NCBI RefSeq assembly: GCF_011745625.1
Contig: NW_027191501.1
Span: forward strand, 1-64,000
Direction: 5' to 3'
DNA length: 64,000 nt
Origin: Cladosporium halotolerans
Taxonomy: Eukaryota
The notes under the pieces were generated by a model, which was not told the origin of the DNA, made no database searches, and saw only the letters and a list, made by a program, of their open reading frames with translations. Each line of letters opens with the position of its first letter. The first letter of the stretch is position 1. Below, in pieces: positions 1 to 11,518 of this stretch. A program made the translations under genes and the position numbers.

Positions 1-44
1 TTTGTTTGTTGTGATCGGGGATGTTTTTTGCTGACGGGTTGCAG

Positions 45-173
45 ATTGTGAAGGTGGGGAAGCGGAGCGCGGTGTTGAGGGGGGTTTTGAGGAGGGAGAG
101 GGATGGGGAGATTGTGAGTATTAGCGAGCATGTGAAGAGTGATGTTGGTGGGGGTGGGATGGCGAAGTTGTGA
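45..173 (+). CDS. 3' terminal exon of a probable hotdog-fold (PaaI/ACOT13-like) thioesterase with a peroxisomal PTS1; the gene starts before the window
   Basis: Branch CTGAC (31-35) and acceptor CAG (42-44) precede an open frame IVKVGKRSAVLRGVLRRERDGEIVSISEHVKSDVGGGGMAKL*. This resembles the C-terminal strands of PaaI-type thioesterases and ends in AKL. Confidence 0.6.
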   Translation: MVKVGKRSAVLRGVLRRERDGEIVSISEHVKSDVGGGGMAKL

Positions 174-738
174 GGTTGGGGATTTGTGATTATATGGTTG
201 ATATCCGGGGGGGGCATATACAGTACTAGTCTTATACATTCTGAAGGGCACATTAGCAGTGTGTGGCACAACAAAACGAACTGTCGAATGCTTAACTCGC
301 GAGCCTCTGGCTTTATCCTCAATGCGTTACAACGAGAAGCAAAAGCTGGGTGAGTGAGCTGAAACCAGAATATAAGAGTCGATGGTGGCTGGAGTTGGTT
401 ACTCATGTACAGTTTCAAGCACATTATCCATTGACTATAGCTACTAGCAGCCCCACCAGCACAATACGCCGCCCTTGTAGCATCAAAGTAACCTCTATTA
501 CCACGCACGACAACAAGTGTATGTCCAGCGAATGTATAGAAGCAGCCCCGAATAAGTAGGTTAAACAGCAAAAGAAGAAAACACTCGCTAAACGCGACAA
601 GGGGAAAGAAGCTTAAGTGGTAGTAAAAAGTGTTGCATGCATTCGTCGTCTCAATCTGCTTGTGCTCTTTTTCTAATTGAAATGTGTGTTTTTACGGCCG
701 TGAAAAGAAGGGAAACAAACTAGTCAACAACGCATTGT

Positions 739-2190
739 CTAAGCGGCACCAGCGCTCGCAGGCGGCTCGACGACCTTGGTGACCTGCGCGCCGGCGCGCA
801 CGATGCGGTTGCCCTGGGCGTCCTTGACGATGGTCGTGTCCTTGTTCTCGGCGTGGGCGCGCTTCCAGATCTCGACCTCCATGCCGCCGCGGATGACGCC
901 GACACGCATGGTGGAGAGCAGGTTGTGGGCGGCGTTGGAGTGGTAGTAGACGCCGCCGTTAAACATGGCAGTGGCGTCCTTGCCGAGACCGGAGCGGATC
1001 ATGGCCTTTCCACCGGGGTGGTCGTTGATGAAGTCGGTGACGTCGTGGACGACGCCGGCGACGGCGATCAGGCCGCGGCCGTTCTTGGCCTGGTCGACGT
1101 AGTCATCCCACTCCATGACGGGGAGCTGCTCGAGGGGAACGCCCCAGTCGAGCTTGGCGCGCTTCTGGTCGAGCTTCTTCTGCTGCTGCTGGAGGCGGCC
1201 CTTCTCGATCTCGTTGGCGCGGAACTGCTTGAGGTCGTAGGCGAGACCCATCTGCTTCCAGGCCCAGATGGACCACTTGGTGGGGTCGTACTGGTGCCAC
1301 TCGATGGCGTTGCGGTAGTCGGAGGGGAACTCGTGGTGGAAGTTGTGGTAGCCCTCACCGAGAGTGACAAGAGCGGTGATGACGTGGTCACGGGGGCTGT
1401 TGCGGTCGTCGAAAGGTTGGTCGCCGAGCCAGTGAGCCAGAGAGTTGACGCAGAAAGTGGCCTGCTGGACGAAGAAGATGCGGAGGATACCAGCGTAGAC
1501 GAAGCCGCCGAGCCAGTCACCCCAGCCGAGGCCGGCAACGAGAGTGGGGAAGATAAGACCCATGAAGAGAACGACCTTGAGGTAGTGCTTGTGCTGCCAG
1601 ACAACAACGGCGTCATCGTTCAGGTCGGAGATGTCGGTGCGGCCAATGCGCTTGGGGTTCTGCTTCATGAGCATCCAGCCGAAGTGAGAGTACAGGAGAC
1701 CCTTCCTGACGCTGTAGGGGTCCTTGTCGGTGTCGGTGTAGCGGTGGTGGGCGCGGTGGTCGCGGGCCCACCATCTGATGGAGCCCTCAACGGCGCCGCC
1801 GCCAACGGCAGCCAGGAAGATCTGGAGCGGGAGTCTCGCAGAGTATGAAGTGTGCGCCCAAAGACGGTGGTATCCGGCAGTGATGCCGAGACCGGTCGCG
1901 AAGTAGTACGCGATGGACCAAACGGCAGTCTTGAGGTACAGAGGAGTCCACCAGGCGGTGACGAGGCCGGCCATGGGGATGCCAACAATGAGGATGACAT
2001 TGAGCCAGTTGACGTGCTTGTACCAGTTCTTCTTGGTCATGGGCGTCTCGGTGATGTGCGGCTTCTTCGGGTCGTACTTTGCATTTCTGACAGGCTCTTG
2101 CGGCGCCGGCTTGGAGGCAGCGGAGGGCTGGCTGGAGAGGTAAGCCGGGTCGACGGCGGGCATGCCAGAGGTGGGTTGGTGAGAAGGCAT
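739..2190 (-). CDS. OLE1: Delta-9 acyl-CoA desaturase with C-terminal cytochrome b5 domain, 483 aa, intronless
   Basis: His boxes HRLWAH, HRAHH and HNFHH, plus the cytochrome b5 HPGG motif. Start taken at ATG 2190 (AAAATG context); the longer ORF-track extension starts at a non-ATG codon. Confidence 0.97.
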   Translation of the reverse strand: MPSHQPTSGMPAVDPAYLSSQPSAASKPAPQEPVRNAKYDPKKPHITETPMTKKNWYKHVNWLNVILIVGIPMAGLVTAWWTPLYLKTAVWSIAYYFATGLGITAGYHRLWAHTSYSARLPLQIFLAAVGGGAVEGSIRWWARDHRAHHRYTDTDKDPYSVRKGLLYSHFGWMLMKQNPKRIGRTDISDLNDDAVVVWQHKHYLKVVLFMGLIFPTLVAGLGWGDWLGGFVYAGILRIFFVQQATFCVNSLAHWLGDQPFDDRNSPRDHVITALVTLGEGYHNFHHEFPSDYRNAIEWHQYDPTKWSIWAWKQMGLAYDLKQFRANEIEKGRLQQQQKKLDQKRAKLDWGVPLEQLPVMEWDDYVDQAKNGRGLIAVAGVVHDVTDFINDHPGGKAMIRSGLGKDATAMFNGGVYYHSNAAHNLLSTMRVGVIRGGMEVEIWKRAHAENKDTTIVKDAQGNRIVRAGAQVTKVVEPPASAGAA

Positions 2191-4730
2191 TTTGGGAGGG
2201 CGAGCGAGCGGTGTCGCGGAGAATGGGCTCCTCGGTGAAATCGGTCGTGGGCAGACGGGCGAGCTAGGCTGCCGGATAGGTCTGCTGCGGTAGGCTCTCG
2301 AGCAAACGAGAGTCTGGGGTGGGCGTGAGAGGGAGGAGATGCACCCAGGCGAGGAGAGATACCCGTAGGTGGGCGAGAGAGAAAGAGGAGAGTAGGGGCG
2401 GTGGAGGTGGGCGAGGAAGAGGGTGGCAAGGCGTGGCAGGAGTTTTGTATGCGGTTGCGTGGGTGGAAAGTGCTTCGGTGTGGGGAAGCGAATTCTCCCG
2501 CAGCTCAACCAGTTGAGGCCGTAGAACCCTGGGCCGGCGAGTGAGCGCGGGCGGCGATTGGGCGGGCGGCGCGGCGGGCAGCTGTCTGGCCAAGTGTCGC
2601 CGCTGTCGCGTGCGGGCGGTGTGTCGCCCGTCGAATATTCCACCGCGCCGGCGCAAAGGATCTTCACCACGCTCGGCCCTCGCCACCACGCCGCGCAGGA
2701 GTCACTGCGCCATGACACGCAATTGCCCGGGATACACACTGCCTACGGACGTTGCGTGCTGCTGACCGGCCTCACGTCCGCGGTGAATGGCACTCGATGC
2801 AGTGCATCCATCATCCATCTTGCATCTCGCCGGTGGCCGGCAGTGGTCTATAGCGCTCGTACGACAGGCCATGCACGGTCCGGCGGCTTACAGCAGGAAT
2901 AAACAACAATGGTGCACGTCTCCTGCAGGTCCCGCACCGCGGCAGAATCGCCCTGTGGCACTGCCGGCCACCTATAGCGTGTACCAAGTACCCTACCGAG
3001 CCTACTGGCGCTGGCCCTATAGGTGCAGTCTGTTTCATCGTGTCACCACCTGGCTCACCCCATCGCCGGCTCACTGTCCCGTACCTCGCTCAATTATCTG
3101 ATCTACATCAATGCGGAAAGCTGGATCAATCAGACTCCAGGGTCGCCCGCAGTCTCGAAGCATCTTCGCAGCTCGACCAGACCCTGACTTCAAGCCGGCA
3201 TGCGGGCTTGACAGTCCATAGCCGAGCAGGCCGCCTAGCGAGGTTCTGCCAGCGGCCGTAGCAAAGCCGCAGCCCACGTTCGACAGGCTCGCATCGCTCT
3301 CGCAACCCCTCACGATCAGGCAGTAACATATCATTACTCCTCCAGTCCAGAATCACGCGTTCCAGTCAGCCCCAACGCATCCAGGAAGCTCTGCCACCCG
3401 CGTGCGAGCAGCCGGGCAGCTGTTTCCCAACGTCACATCCGCGTGGAGGACCCGACCAATCACAGCGAGGCCAGATCTCGCTGCCCTGCGTCTTACGGCC
3501 GCTCTCCTGCGGCGCTCTGCCCGCCGCGCCCGCCCTCTCTCCACGATCTGGACGGTGGGCGCCGTCTTTAGAGTTGGGGCGCACGTCGCCTCAGCCCGCT
3601 CGCGCTGCGTGTGTGGCTTGGCGCGCTGACCATTGGTGAACTTGGGTCTATCTGTCGGCCTGGGTGTTCAGGTTGCGTTATCACGATGGCTTTCACATGT
3701 CTTCACGCAACGAGCTCGCGTCGTTCGTTGAGCTGTATGAGTGAAGCTTGACAACACAACCCCTCGCATTTCTGATGACAGCTCGCGTACAAGGACCCAT
3801 CGTCTCGCAGTTCGTGTTCCGCTGAGACCCGCCCATGCCGCTTGAAAGACTCGTCATCGATCAAGCTCGAGAATCGCGAGGGCAGAAGTGTCAACGAGAC
3901 ACCGTCAGGATGGCATGATATTTTCGTCGAAAACATGTGATACTCCTCGCCGGTTTTCGTGAGCTCAACCATGCTCGCAGCATTGTGATGATCGACGACC
4001 GTAGCAGACATTGCACTTTGTTGAAGTCCTGTTGTCTGAGTCCGTTGCATTCTTGATAATAACTAGGGAAAAAAAAATAAAAACACAAAATACGAACGAC
4101 TTACGTTCGTATCTCAAAGCCTTACAACCTTATGAGGTCTCGACTGAGCGGAAACAATTTTCCCTCGAGAACAATTTCATCTGGGCTTGCAAATCTCGTC
4201 TCGTCTCAATCATCAAAAAGCAGCATTCAGAGCGCTGAGTGAATGGCATCCCGGTCGCGCGCGTAGCCAAAGATCCCACATTTCCTCAATCTGCCGCTCT
4301 CTGCACGAGCATCCAAATACCGGTCGCTAGATCAATTTCTCAAATATTCCGCCACTAAATGACCATCAATTATCTCCCTCCGCTGAAGAAAGCTTCAATC
4401 CCCTTGCATCGCATGCCGATCTCGCCCGGCTCACAGCGGGCTCTCCGAGGCTGTGCAACCTCGCCGCCCTCTCACGAACCCCTCACGTCATCGCACCAAC
4501 ATCCAACCTTGAAGTTCGCCTCGCGCGCGCGCGCGGAATCGAAGCTACCCGCACTGACAAACCCGCCACGAAACCGCATTAAAAATTACTGTCTGCGCTG
4601 CCTCCCCAAAACTGTCTCCAGAAATTACATCCAAACCGCATCGCAACCCCCAACCTGCAATTGAACGCCCGGAGCCCTCAGCACCAACCATCCACCACCA
4701 AGCCAGCAACGCGGAATCTTACAAAACAAG

Positions 4731-4949
4731 ATGTCCTCCCCCTCCCAGCAAGACTCCTCGACTTCCGCGCGCTTCATGCGCGGCGCCGGCCAGGTCAACG
4801 ACCCGGAGCACAAGCTGTGGGGCCCCGCGCGCTGGGTCGTGCAGATGGTGCAGTACCTCGTCGCGCTCATCGTGCTGACCATCGCGGAGGGGTTCAAGGC
4901 GGTGGTTAGTGGGAAGAGCCCGCAGCATAGGAGGAAAAGGGGGGATTGA
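4731..4949 (+). CDS. Small (72 aa) hypothetical single-pass membrane protein
   Basis: ATG in CAAGATG context, C/G-ending codon bias like neighbouring genes, hydrophobic segment WVVQMVQYLVALIVLTIA and a basic tail. Confidence 0.55.
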   Translation: MSSPSQQDSSTSARFMRGAGQVNDPEHKLWGPARWVVQMVQYLVALIVLTIAEGFKAVVSGKSPQHRRKRGD

Positions 4950-5687
4950 TGGGTGCGGACGGTTTCACGAATTACGAATGGCAATGCGCATGGAACGGAG
5001 TTATGGGATTGGGGATGGGGCTATTGAATAGGATTGCATGCTGGGATTAGTGGCGGATGATGCTACCTCTGGTCTGGTTTCGGAAAGTCGACACCGACCG
5101 AGGGATTCGCGCGTTTGGACGGGTTCGGTTCTCCAAGCGACTTGCATTCCAATTCGGACGCTCTCGAATGTCGCAACACGCCACTGAACGCTCTGAAAAC
5201 CGCAACCGTCCTATCGTCGGGCACCAGATCTAGAATCCACCAAAGCCAAGTGAACACCCGATTCCGGTCAGAAAAGCTGGGATCATGTGGTCCTTTTTCG
5301 TCGGACAAGAAAAGTTATTCTGCAGCGGCTCTGGTGATTGAAAGTCGATGGCGGATAATCGTAATCGCTTGGAGCATGGATGGTCGAGGAACTTCCGGAG
5401 CTATCTTGACATGCGAGATACCGATGTAGACAGATTCGCAAAACAGAGCGGAATTTTTGTCTACGCTTTACATCTGCCCCCATGCCGGTGCTGTGTACCA
5501 CGAGAAGGCTTGTCCATGGGGATGAAGCATGGCTTCTGCCTTTGTTGGGAGCTGCGAGCATCTGGCAGTGGGCGTTAGCACGTCGAAGACCAGCAGCTCG
5601 AATGCAATCTTACTCACCTGTGTCCATCGCCAGATCTCATGATGGTGTTCAGTCCTCGTGAAGACTATCAATCGTACAACTCGTAGC

Positions 5688-6152
5688 TCACGATTTCTTG
5701 CTCCTGCTCGCCCTGACCAAGTTGCCATCCCTCCCCTCCACGTCGTCAAGCACGACGATACGCTCATCGTCTTTAACGCTGTTCTGCGCGAGCATTTTGC
5801 GCTTCTTGTTCGCGCCAACAGCGGCTTGTTGCTCTTTAGCCTGAGCTTCTTCTTCAGACCATTTCTGGCGGATGGCGTCTTCGGCTGGGTTCTCGAGCGA
5901 GTGGAAGCTGGCGTGGTGGCCGCAGCCGTCACATTCGAAACTTGAAGCGGCCTTGTATGAGAATGTTAGATAGCGCGAGAGGAATGAGAGCAATTTGGGC
6001 ATTGGCGGTTTTCTTACTTTAACGGGATGCAACATGAAGCGTAGGCAGGGGCATGCAGGCGAGACAAGTGAGGTCTTGTGGTTGCAACGTCCTCGCGGTG
6101 GCGTGTAGTTCATGGCCGCCCAGACGCTGTTCTTGAGCATTGCAGACGACAT
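5688..6152 (-). CDS. Hypothetical Cys/His-rich (putative Zn-binding) protein, ~132 aa; exons 6152-6018 and 5951-5688
   Basis: Intron GTAAGA...CTAAC...AAG (6017-5952). Spliced motif CNH...CPC..F...CDGCGHHASFH, followed by a charged helix and KKRK. Confidence 0.75.
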   Translation of the reverse strand: MSSAMLKNSVWAAMNYTPPRGRCNHKTSLVSPACPCLRFMLHPVKVRKPPMPKLLSFLSRYLTFSYKAASSFECDGCGHHASFHSLENPAEDAIRQKWSEEEAQAKEQQAAVGANKKRKMLAQNSVKDDERIVVLDDVEGRDGNLVRASRSKKS

Positions 6153-6521
6153 GTTGAGCCTTGCTTTCTTGAAGGATGAATGAAGTGACGCTAAAGGGAG
6201 CGGGAAGACATGATTGCTATCAAAACAAGCATTTTGCGAATTGCATCTCGCGCGACAAGGCAAGGTGGATGCCCTGAGAGGTGAATGCAAACACCAGCCA
6301 GCGTTTGACCGCGGCCTCCAATCTCGAAGTCCGCGTTCTGGCTCTCGGCTTTCGAACTTCCACTCTTGAATCCAGCAACTAAGCTCACACCCAACCTGCA
6401 CTTCAACCCACACCACCTCCAGCGCCGCACCCTCCTTTCCACGAAGCGCTGCAAAGCAGTCGCCTAAGCCCAACGAACCCACCGACACGACCGACGCACA
6501 CACGCGTCCCCGTCCGCAACC

Positions 6522-7206
6522 ATGCCCAAGTTCTTCTGCGACTACTGCGATGTATACCTCACGCACGACTCGATGAGCGTGCGCAAGGCGCACAACACCG
6601 GCCGCAACCACCTGCGCAACGTCGTCGACTACTACCAGCAGATCGGGCACGAAAAGGCGCAGAGCGTCATCGATAACATCACGAACTCTTACGCCGCCGA
6701 GGGCCAGTCCGCGAACAACCCCATGCTGAACGTCGCGCCGCCGGGTTTTGGCCCGCCGGCGGGCATGATGCCGCCTGCTGGCTTGCCGCCGGGCTTCCCT
6801 GCGCCGCCTGGGGGTTTCCCGCCTGGATTTCCCGCCGGTATGTGTTGAAAGATTGGGAGGGAATGCGTACGAGAGCTCGCGAGACTGACGCTGTGCCAGG
6901 CTTGCCTCCGCTCCCTCAAAGCCTTCCGCCCGGATTCGCGCCGCCGCCCGGCATGCCCAGCTTTCCACAAGGTGTGTGATCAGACAGACTCGATTCACAG
7001 AGTTCTCCTTCTAACGCAATCCAGGCATGCCCGCCGGACTGCCCCCGCTACCCCAAAGCCTCCCTCCCGGATTCCCTCCGCCTGGAGGCGCGCCCTCTGG
7101 CTCCCCGCCTGCTGGCCTGCCTTTCCCTCCTCCTGGCATGGGTGGACCGCCTGGTGCCCCGCCTGGAGGTCCGCCCGGCATGCCGCCGTACCAAGGAAGG
7201 AGGTAG
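6522..7206 (+). CDS. YHC1: U1 snRNP protein C, 189 aa; exons 6522-6837, 6900-6971, 7025-7206
   Basis: N-terminal matrin-type zinc finger [30 protein letters not shown] and Pro/Gly-rich tail. Two canonical introns keep the frame. Confidence 0.95.
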
Positions 7207-8024
7207 AATGAAAGATGCGAGGGGAGATGATCAAAGATACACTATTGGATTAGAGGACTATCCACAAACGGCAGGAGGCTGAAGAGTCTCAAGGCCACGC
7301 GGGCCAGGAAAAAGCGACGCAGGGCTCACACTTTGCAGAACGCTGCAACCTGCTTAGAGCTTCATGCAACGGATGCTCATACGGGGCTTGTGGGGAGGAC
7401 AGCGGAGAAGTAAGAAGGAACGGAGATAGTGGAGGTGGTACAAACCCTCCAAATTGCCAGATTGAGGACTGAATACCACGAGAGCAGTCTGTGGGCAAAT
7501 GTCGCTTGGTCCATGCTGCAGACTGGTTCGATAGATCTGGAACGATTCAGAGACGGAACGAATAAACTTCAAATCATGCTGCCCTCTTTTTTTTTTCTCA
7601 GTGGCACTTCTCACCCAGCTATGAGGGCAACGACATGCAACTCACACTTTGACATTAAACTGTGCTAGCGAGGATTTGGCATCATACTAGAGAATGGACA
7701 ATCGGCGAGTGGCCGATGGAGTTCACATGAGCCATATGATAGATTTTTTTCCGGAGCCATGCCATAATATCGAGCATTGGATTTATCATGGATAACTAGG
7801 CAGGGCCTTGCGACATCTCGAGTTTATCAGGTACCTGACCTACAGCAAGACGAGAACCAGGCACTAAGGCATGCAAGCGTCAGGTTCAGGCTCGCCAGGC
7901 CAGTCCAAGCGGGGACGCTGCGAAGTCTTGGCGGCTCACTGGACGAAAATACCACTTTCTTGCGGCTTCACGGACCAGAATTCTTTCCCTCACCCGCGGT
8001 CACATATCAGGAACATCTTCAGTT

Positions 8025-8087
8025 GTAAGTGCATGCCGCGCGCAATCTTGGAGACTGAAACACATATACTGACAATTTTGCGCACAG
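8025..8087 (+). other. Probable 5'-UTR intron of the RACK1 gene
   Basis: GTAAGT donor at 8025, CTGAC branch at 8069 and CAG acceptor at 8085-8087, 18 nt before the ATG at 8106. Confidence 0.65.
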
Positions 8088-8105
8088 TCTTCCTAATTCA
8101 TCACA

Positions 8106-9288
8106 ATGGCTGAGCAGCTCGTCCTCCGCGGCACCCTTGAGGGCCACTCCGGCTGGGTCACTTCCCTTGCCACCTCTCTCGAGAAGTAAGAGCATGCAGC
8201 GAATAGGAATTACAAGCGCGGCGACTAACAGCGCGATAGCCCGAACATGCTTCTGTCCGGTTCCCGTGACAAGTCCCTCATCATCTGGAACCTGACCCGT
8301 GATGAGACCTCCTACGGCTACCCCAAGCGCTCTCTCCACGGCCACTCCCACATCGTCTCCGACTGTGTGATCTCCTCCGACGGCGCCTACGCTCTGTCCT
8401 CCTCCTGGGACAAGACCCTCCGCCTGTGGGAGCTCTCCACCGGCCAGACCACCCGCCGCTTCGTCGGCCACAACAACGACGTCCTGTCCGTCAGCTTCTC
8501 CGCCGACAACCGTCAGATCGTCTCTGGCTCCCGTGACCGCACCATCAAGCTGTGGAACACCCTCGGTGACTGCAAGTACACCATCACCGACAAGGGCCAC
8601 ACCGAGTGGGTCTCCTGCGTTCGCTTCTCCCCGAACCCCCAGAACCCCGTCATCGTCTCCGCTGGCTGGGACAAGTTCGTCAAGGTCAGTACATTATCTT
8701 CTATTGCTTCCGCTCATATGATGTCTATCAAAAGTATTTGCTACTTCAGAGCCTTCGGGCCATGAGACACATTTCGCCTTCATCGGCGCACTGATACCAG
8801 TGGCGATTTGCACATTTTACATTCCGTCGGATCTTTAAGAATCCTGACTAACACCTTCATAGGTCTGGGAGCTCGCCACCTGCCGCATCCAGACTGACCA
8901 CATCGGTCACACCGGCTACATCAACACCGTCACCATCTCCCCCGATGGCTCTCTCTGCGCCTCCGGTGGCAAGGACGGTACCACCATGCTCTGGGACCTG
9001 AACGAGTCCAAGCACCTGTACTCTCTCACCGCCGGTGACGAGATCCACGCCCTCGTCTTCTCCCCCAACCGCTACTGGCTCTGCGCCGCCACCTCCAGCT
9101 CCATCATCGTCTTCGACCTTGAGAAGAAGAGCAAGGTCGACGAGCTCAAGCCCGAGTACGTCGAGGTCGGCAAGAAGGCCCGCGAGCCCGAGTGTATCTC
9201 CCTCGCCTGGTCCGCCGACGGCCAGACCCTGTTCGCCGGTTACACCGACAACAAGATCCGCGCCTGGGGTGTCATGAGCCGCGCTTAA
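8106..9288 (+). CDS. ASC1: RACK1 / G-beta-like WD40 40S ribosomal protein (Cpc2/Asc1), 316 aa; exons 8106-8185, 8240-8684, 8863-9288
   Basis: [24 protein letters not shown]... followed by seven WD repeats. The spliced length of 316 aa is typical for RACK1. Confidence 0.97.
8713..8798 (+). ncRNA. snR24: Intronic box C/D snoRNA, U24/snR24 family
   Basis: Inside the 178-nt intron 8685-8862: box C ATGATGT (8718), guide AGTATTTGCTACT, D' CAGA, GCC-TTCG-GGC hairpin, C' ATGAGAC and box D CTGA (8791-8794). The guide complements the LSU rRNA segment AGUAGCAAAUA. Yeast snR24 sits in the ASC1 intron. Confidence 0.85.
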
Positions 9289-9705
9289 GCGTGTGCAGCA
9301 AACACTGCATGATGTGATGGATCCAGAAAATGGGGAAACGAGGTGATGATACGGCACGATGATGCGCAATACGAGGGTCGATGGGTTTGCGAGCAGTAGG
9401 CTGGACGTAGAGACTTCCGATGAAAGGTTGTAGCGGTGCACGTGCTCACGTTCGTTCATGAGTAGTCTCACGAAATGTTTCAGTCTTCATACTCTTCCCT
9501 TCGCGTTGTCAGTGACAAGTAACTTGTCGCGCCCAGCCCTGTCGAGATCAACAAAGTGACGGCCTCCTTCCTCGCCGATCGTCCAAGATCACTATGCATT
9601 GGCCCAGGAAAACACAATTGTCCGAAAGCCAAAGTCACGTCACTCTAGGCAGCGTTCACGGTTGTATCATGAAAGTACTTGGCCATGCGTGTCTCTATTC
9701 AACCA

Positions 9706-11116
9706 TTATATACGCTCGCCCTCCAGGATGCTCTTCGCCTCAGCAGACTTCCACCAACTCACGCCATCCTTGCCAGGGTACTCGAACTTGTCCATGCTGT
9801 CAGGCTTCATCTCAACACTGTAGCCAGCCTCCGTGGGGGTGGTGTAGTAGCCGTCCTTGATCACACTGGGGTGGAAGAAGTGCTCGTGCAGGTGGTCGAC
9901 GTACTCCAGCACCGACAGCTTGCCGGACACGACGACGTAATCGATGGTCGACAGATGCTGCGTGTACTCGGGCAGACCGACGCCGCCGGAGTGGGGGACG
10001 ATAGGGACGCCGAACTTCTTCGCGATGAGCAGGATGGCGAGGACCTCGTTGACGCCGCCGACGCGGCAGGCGTCGATCTGGCAGACGTCAATGGCGCCCT
10101 GCGCGATCAGCTGCTTGAAAATCACGCGGTTCTGGCACATCTCGCCCGTCGCGACGCCAATGTTGTGCTCCTTCAGCGCCTCGCGGATCGCCTTGTGCCC
10201 GAAGACGTCGTCCGGCGACGTCGGCTCCTCGATGAACCACGGCTTGAACTCCGCCAGCTGCTTCATGTACTCGATCGCCTCGGGCACGGACCAGACCTGG
10301 TTGGCGTCGACCATGAGGATGTTGCCCTTGTCGTAGCCGATGACGTCGCGGGCGATGGCGAGGCGGCGGCGGTCGGCCTCGACGCTCGTGCCGACCTTCA
10401 GCTTGAAGTGCCGGTAGCCCTTGGCCAGCGTCTCCTGCAACAGACCCTTCATCTTGTCCTCGCCGTAGCCCAGCCAGCCCGCGCTCGTCGTGTACGCGGG
10501 CACGGCGCGGTTCTGCTCCGCCTCCTTGATGCGCTGGGCTTTGCCGGCTTCTTCCTTCTTGAGCATCTCGATCGCCTCCTCAGGCGTGATGGCGTCGGTG
10601 ATGTAGCGGAAGTCGATGCACTTGACGAACTCCTCGGGGCTCATCTCGGCGACGATGCGCCAGACGGGCTTGCCGAGGGTCTTGGCCCAGAGGTCCCAGA
10701 TGGCGTTGACGACGGCGCCGAGGGCAAGGTGGATGACGCCCTTCTCGGGGCCGATCCAGCGCAGCTGCGAGTCGGAGACGAGGTAGCGCCAGGTCTTGCC
10801 CCAGTCGGAGACGAGGTCTTCGAGCTTCTTGCCCTTTATTCTGTCCGCGAGGAGGGAGATCGCTTGGCAGACAATCTCGTTGCCGCGGCCGATGGTGAAA
10901 GTCATGCCGTGGCCAGAGTGCTCGCTGTCGGTGTGGAGGATACAGTATGCTGAGGAGTAGTCGCCGGCTGCGTTCATGGCATCGCTGCCGGTCTTGTCGA
11001 GGGAGGTCTGCGAATTGGGTTAGTCACTCGTCTGTTGTTTGAAGTGCTGGAGTACAATTGGGAGTCCTTACAGGAAACCGCACATCTCTTGTGCTAGAGT
11101 CTGTGATCGTCACCAT
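9706..11116 (-). CDS. lgd1: L-galactonate dehydratase (enolase superfamily, ENOSF1-like), 448 aa; exons 11116-11072 and 11007-9706
   Basis: N-terminus MVTITDSSTRDVRFPTSLDKTGSDAMN, with FKLKVG, MVDANQ, FIEEP, ATGEM and PHSGG motifs, matching the fungal D-galacturonate pathway GaaB/LGD1 type. Confidence 0.9.
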
Positions 11117-11509
11117 GTTTGCGGTATTGTGATTTTACTTCTAGGCAGTTGTCAGAAAGTTGGACTGAACGAAACCTCTCGCCTTGTGGGCCTGACTGCC
11201 TTTAAGAGGGAGTAAGAGTCAGGAAAAGACCGCAACGGATAAAATACAAACCTACACCAGACCGGATAACAAGGCAAATGCCGGTGCGCTTTCTCCCATT
11301 AGCATCACGGTGGCTCGATAGTTCGTCACCCAGGCAAGCCGAGAGGGGCTCTCTGTGCCCCACGGAGAACATCCCACCTGGACAACCCGCAGTTTTAGTG
11401 GGTTCAGGGCATGATGCGGCCAATGGCATGGGTCGAAGTCAAGCTTCTGCACGCAATAAGCGGCAGGCCGAAAGAGGGTAGGCCGAAACCACGTGCGTTG
11501 TGAGGCTCT

Positions 11510-11518
11510 ATTGGTGGA
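11510..11518 (-). promoter_or_regulatory. GARE (galacturonic-acid-responsive element, TCCNCCAAT) upstream of lgd1
   Basis: Minus strand reads TCCACCAAT, about 395 bp upstream of the lgd1 ATG. It is an exact match to the GaaR-regulon consensus. Confidence 0.6.

Noticed and set aside
853..1848. Long antisense ORFs over OLE1, and likewise 9679-10953, 39376-41298, 25028-26080 and 50840-51892
   Set aside because: Shadow frames produced by high GC3 codon bias on the opposite strand of clear genes; no independent motifs.
2191..2739. N-terminal extension of OLE1 in the ORF track (similar extensions on NOG1, CYS4 and GH53)
   Set aside because: Low-complexity UTR/promoter sequence, mostly opened by non-ATG starts; family homology begins at the downstream ATG.
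4091..4111. Perfect 8-bp hairpin TACGAACG-ACTTA-CGTTCGTA next to an A-tract, with ORF 3703-4050 nearby
   Set aside because: No recognisable snRNA, tRNA or SINE boxes, and no frame-consistent gene model could be built.
5688..6998. 436-aa minus-strand ORF
   Set aside because: Chimera of the antisense of U1C, intergenic DNA and a read-through intron; only 6152-5688 looks like a gene.
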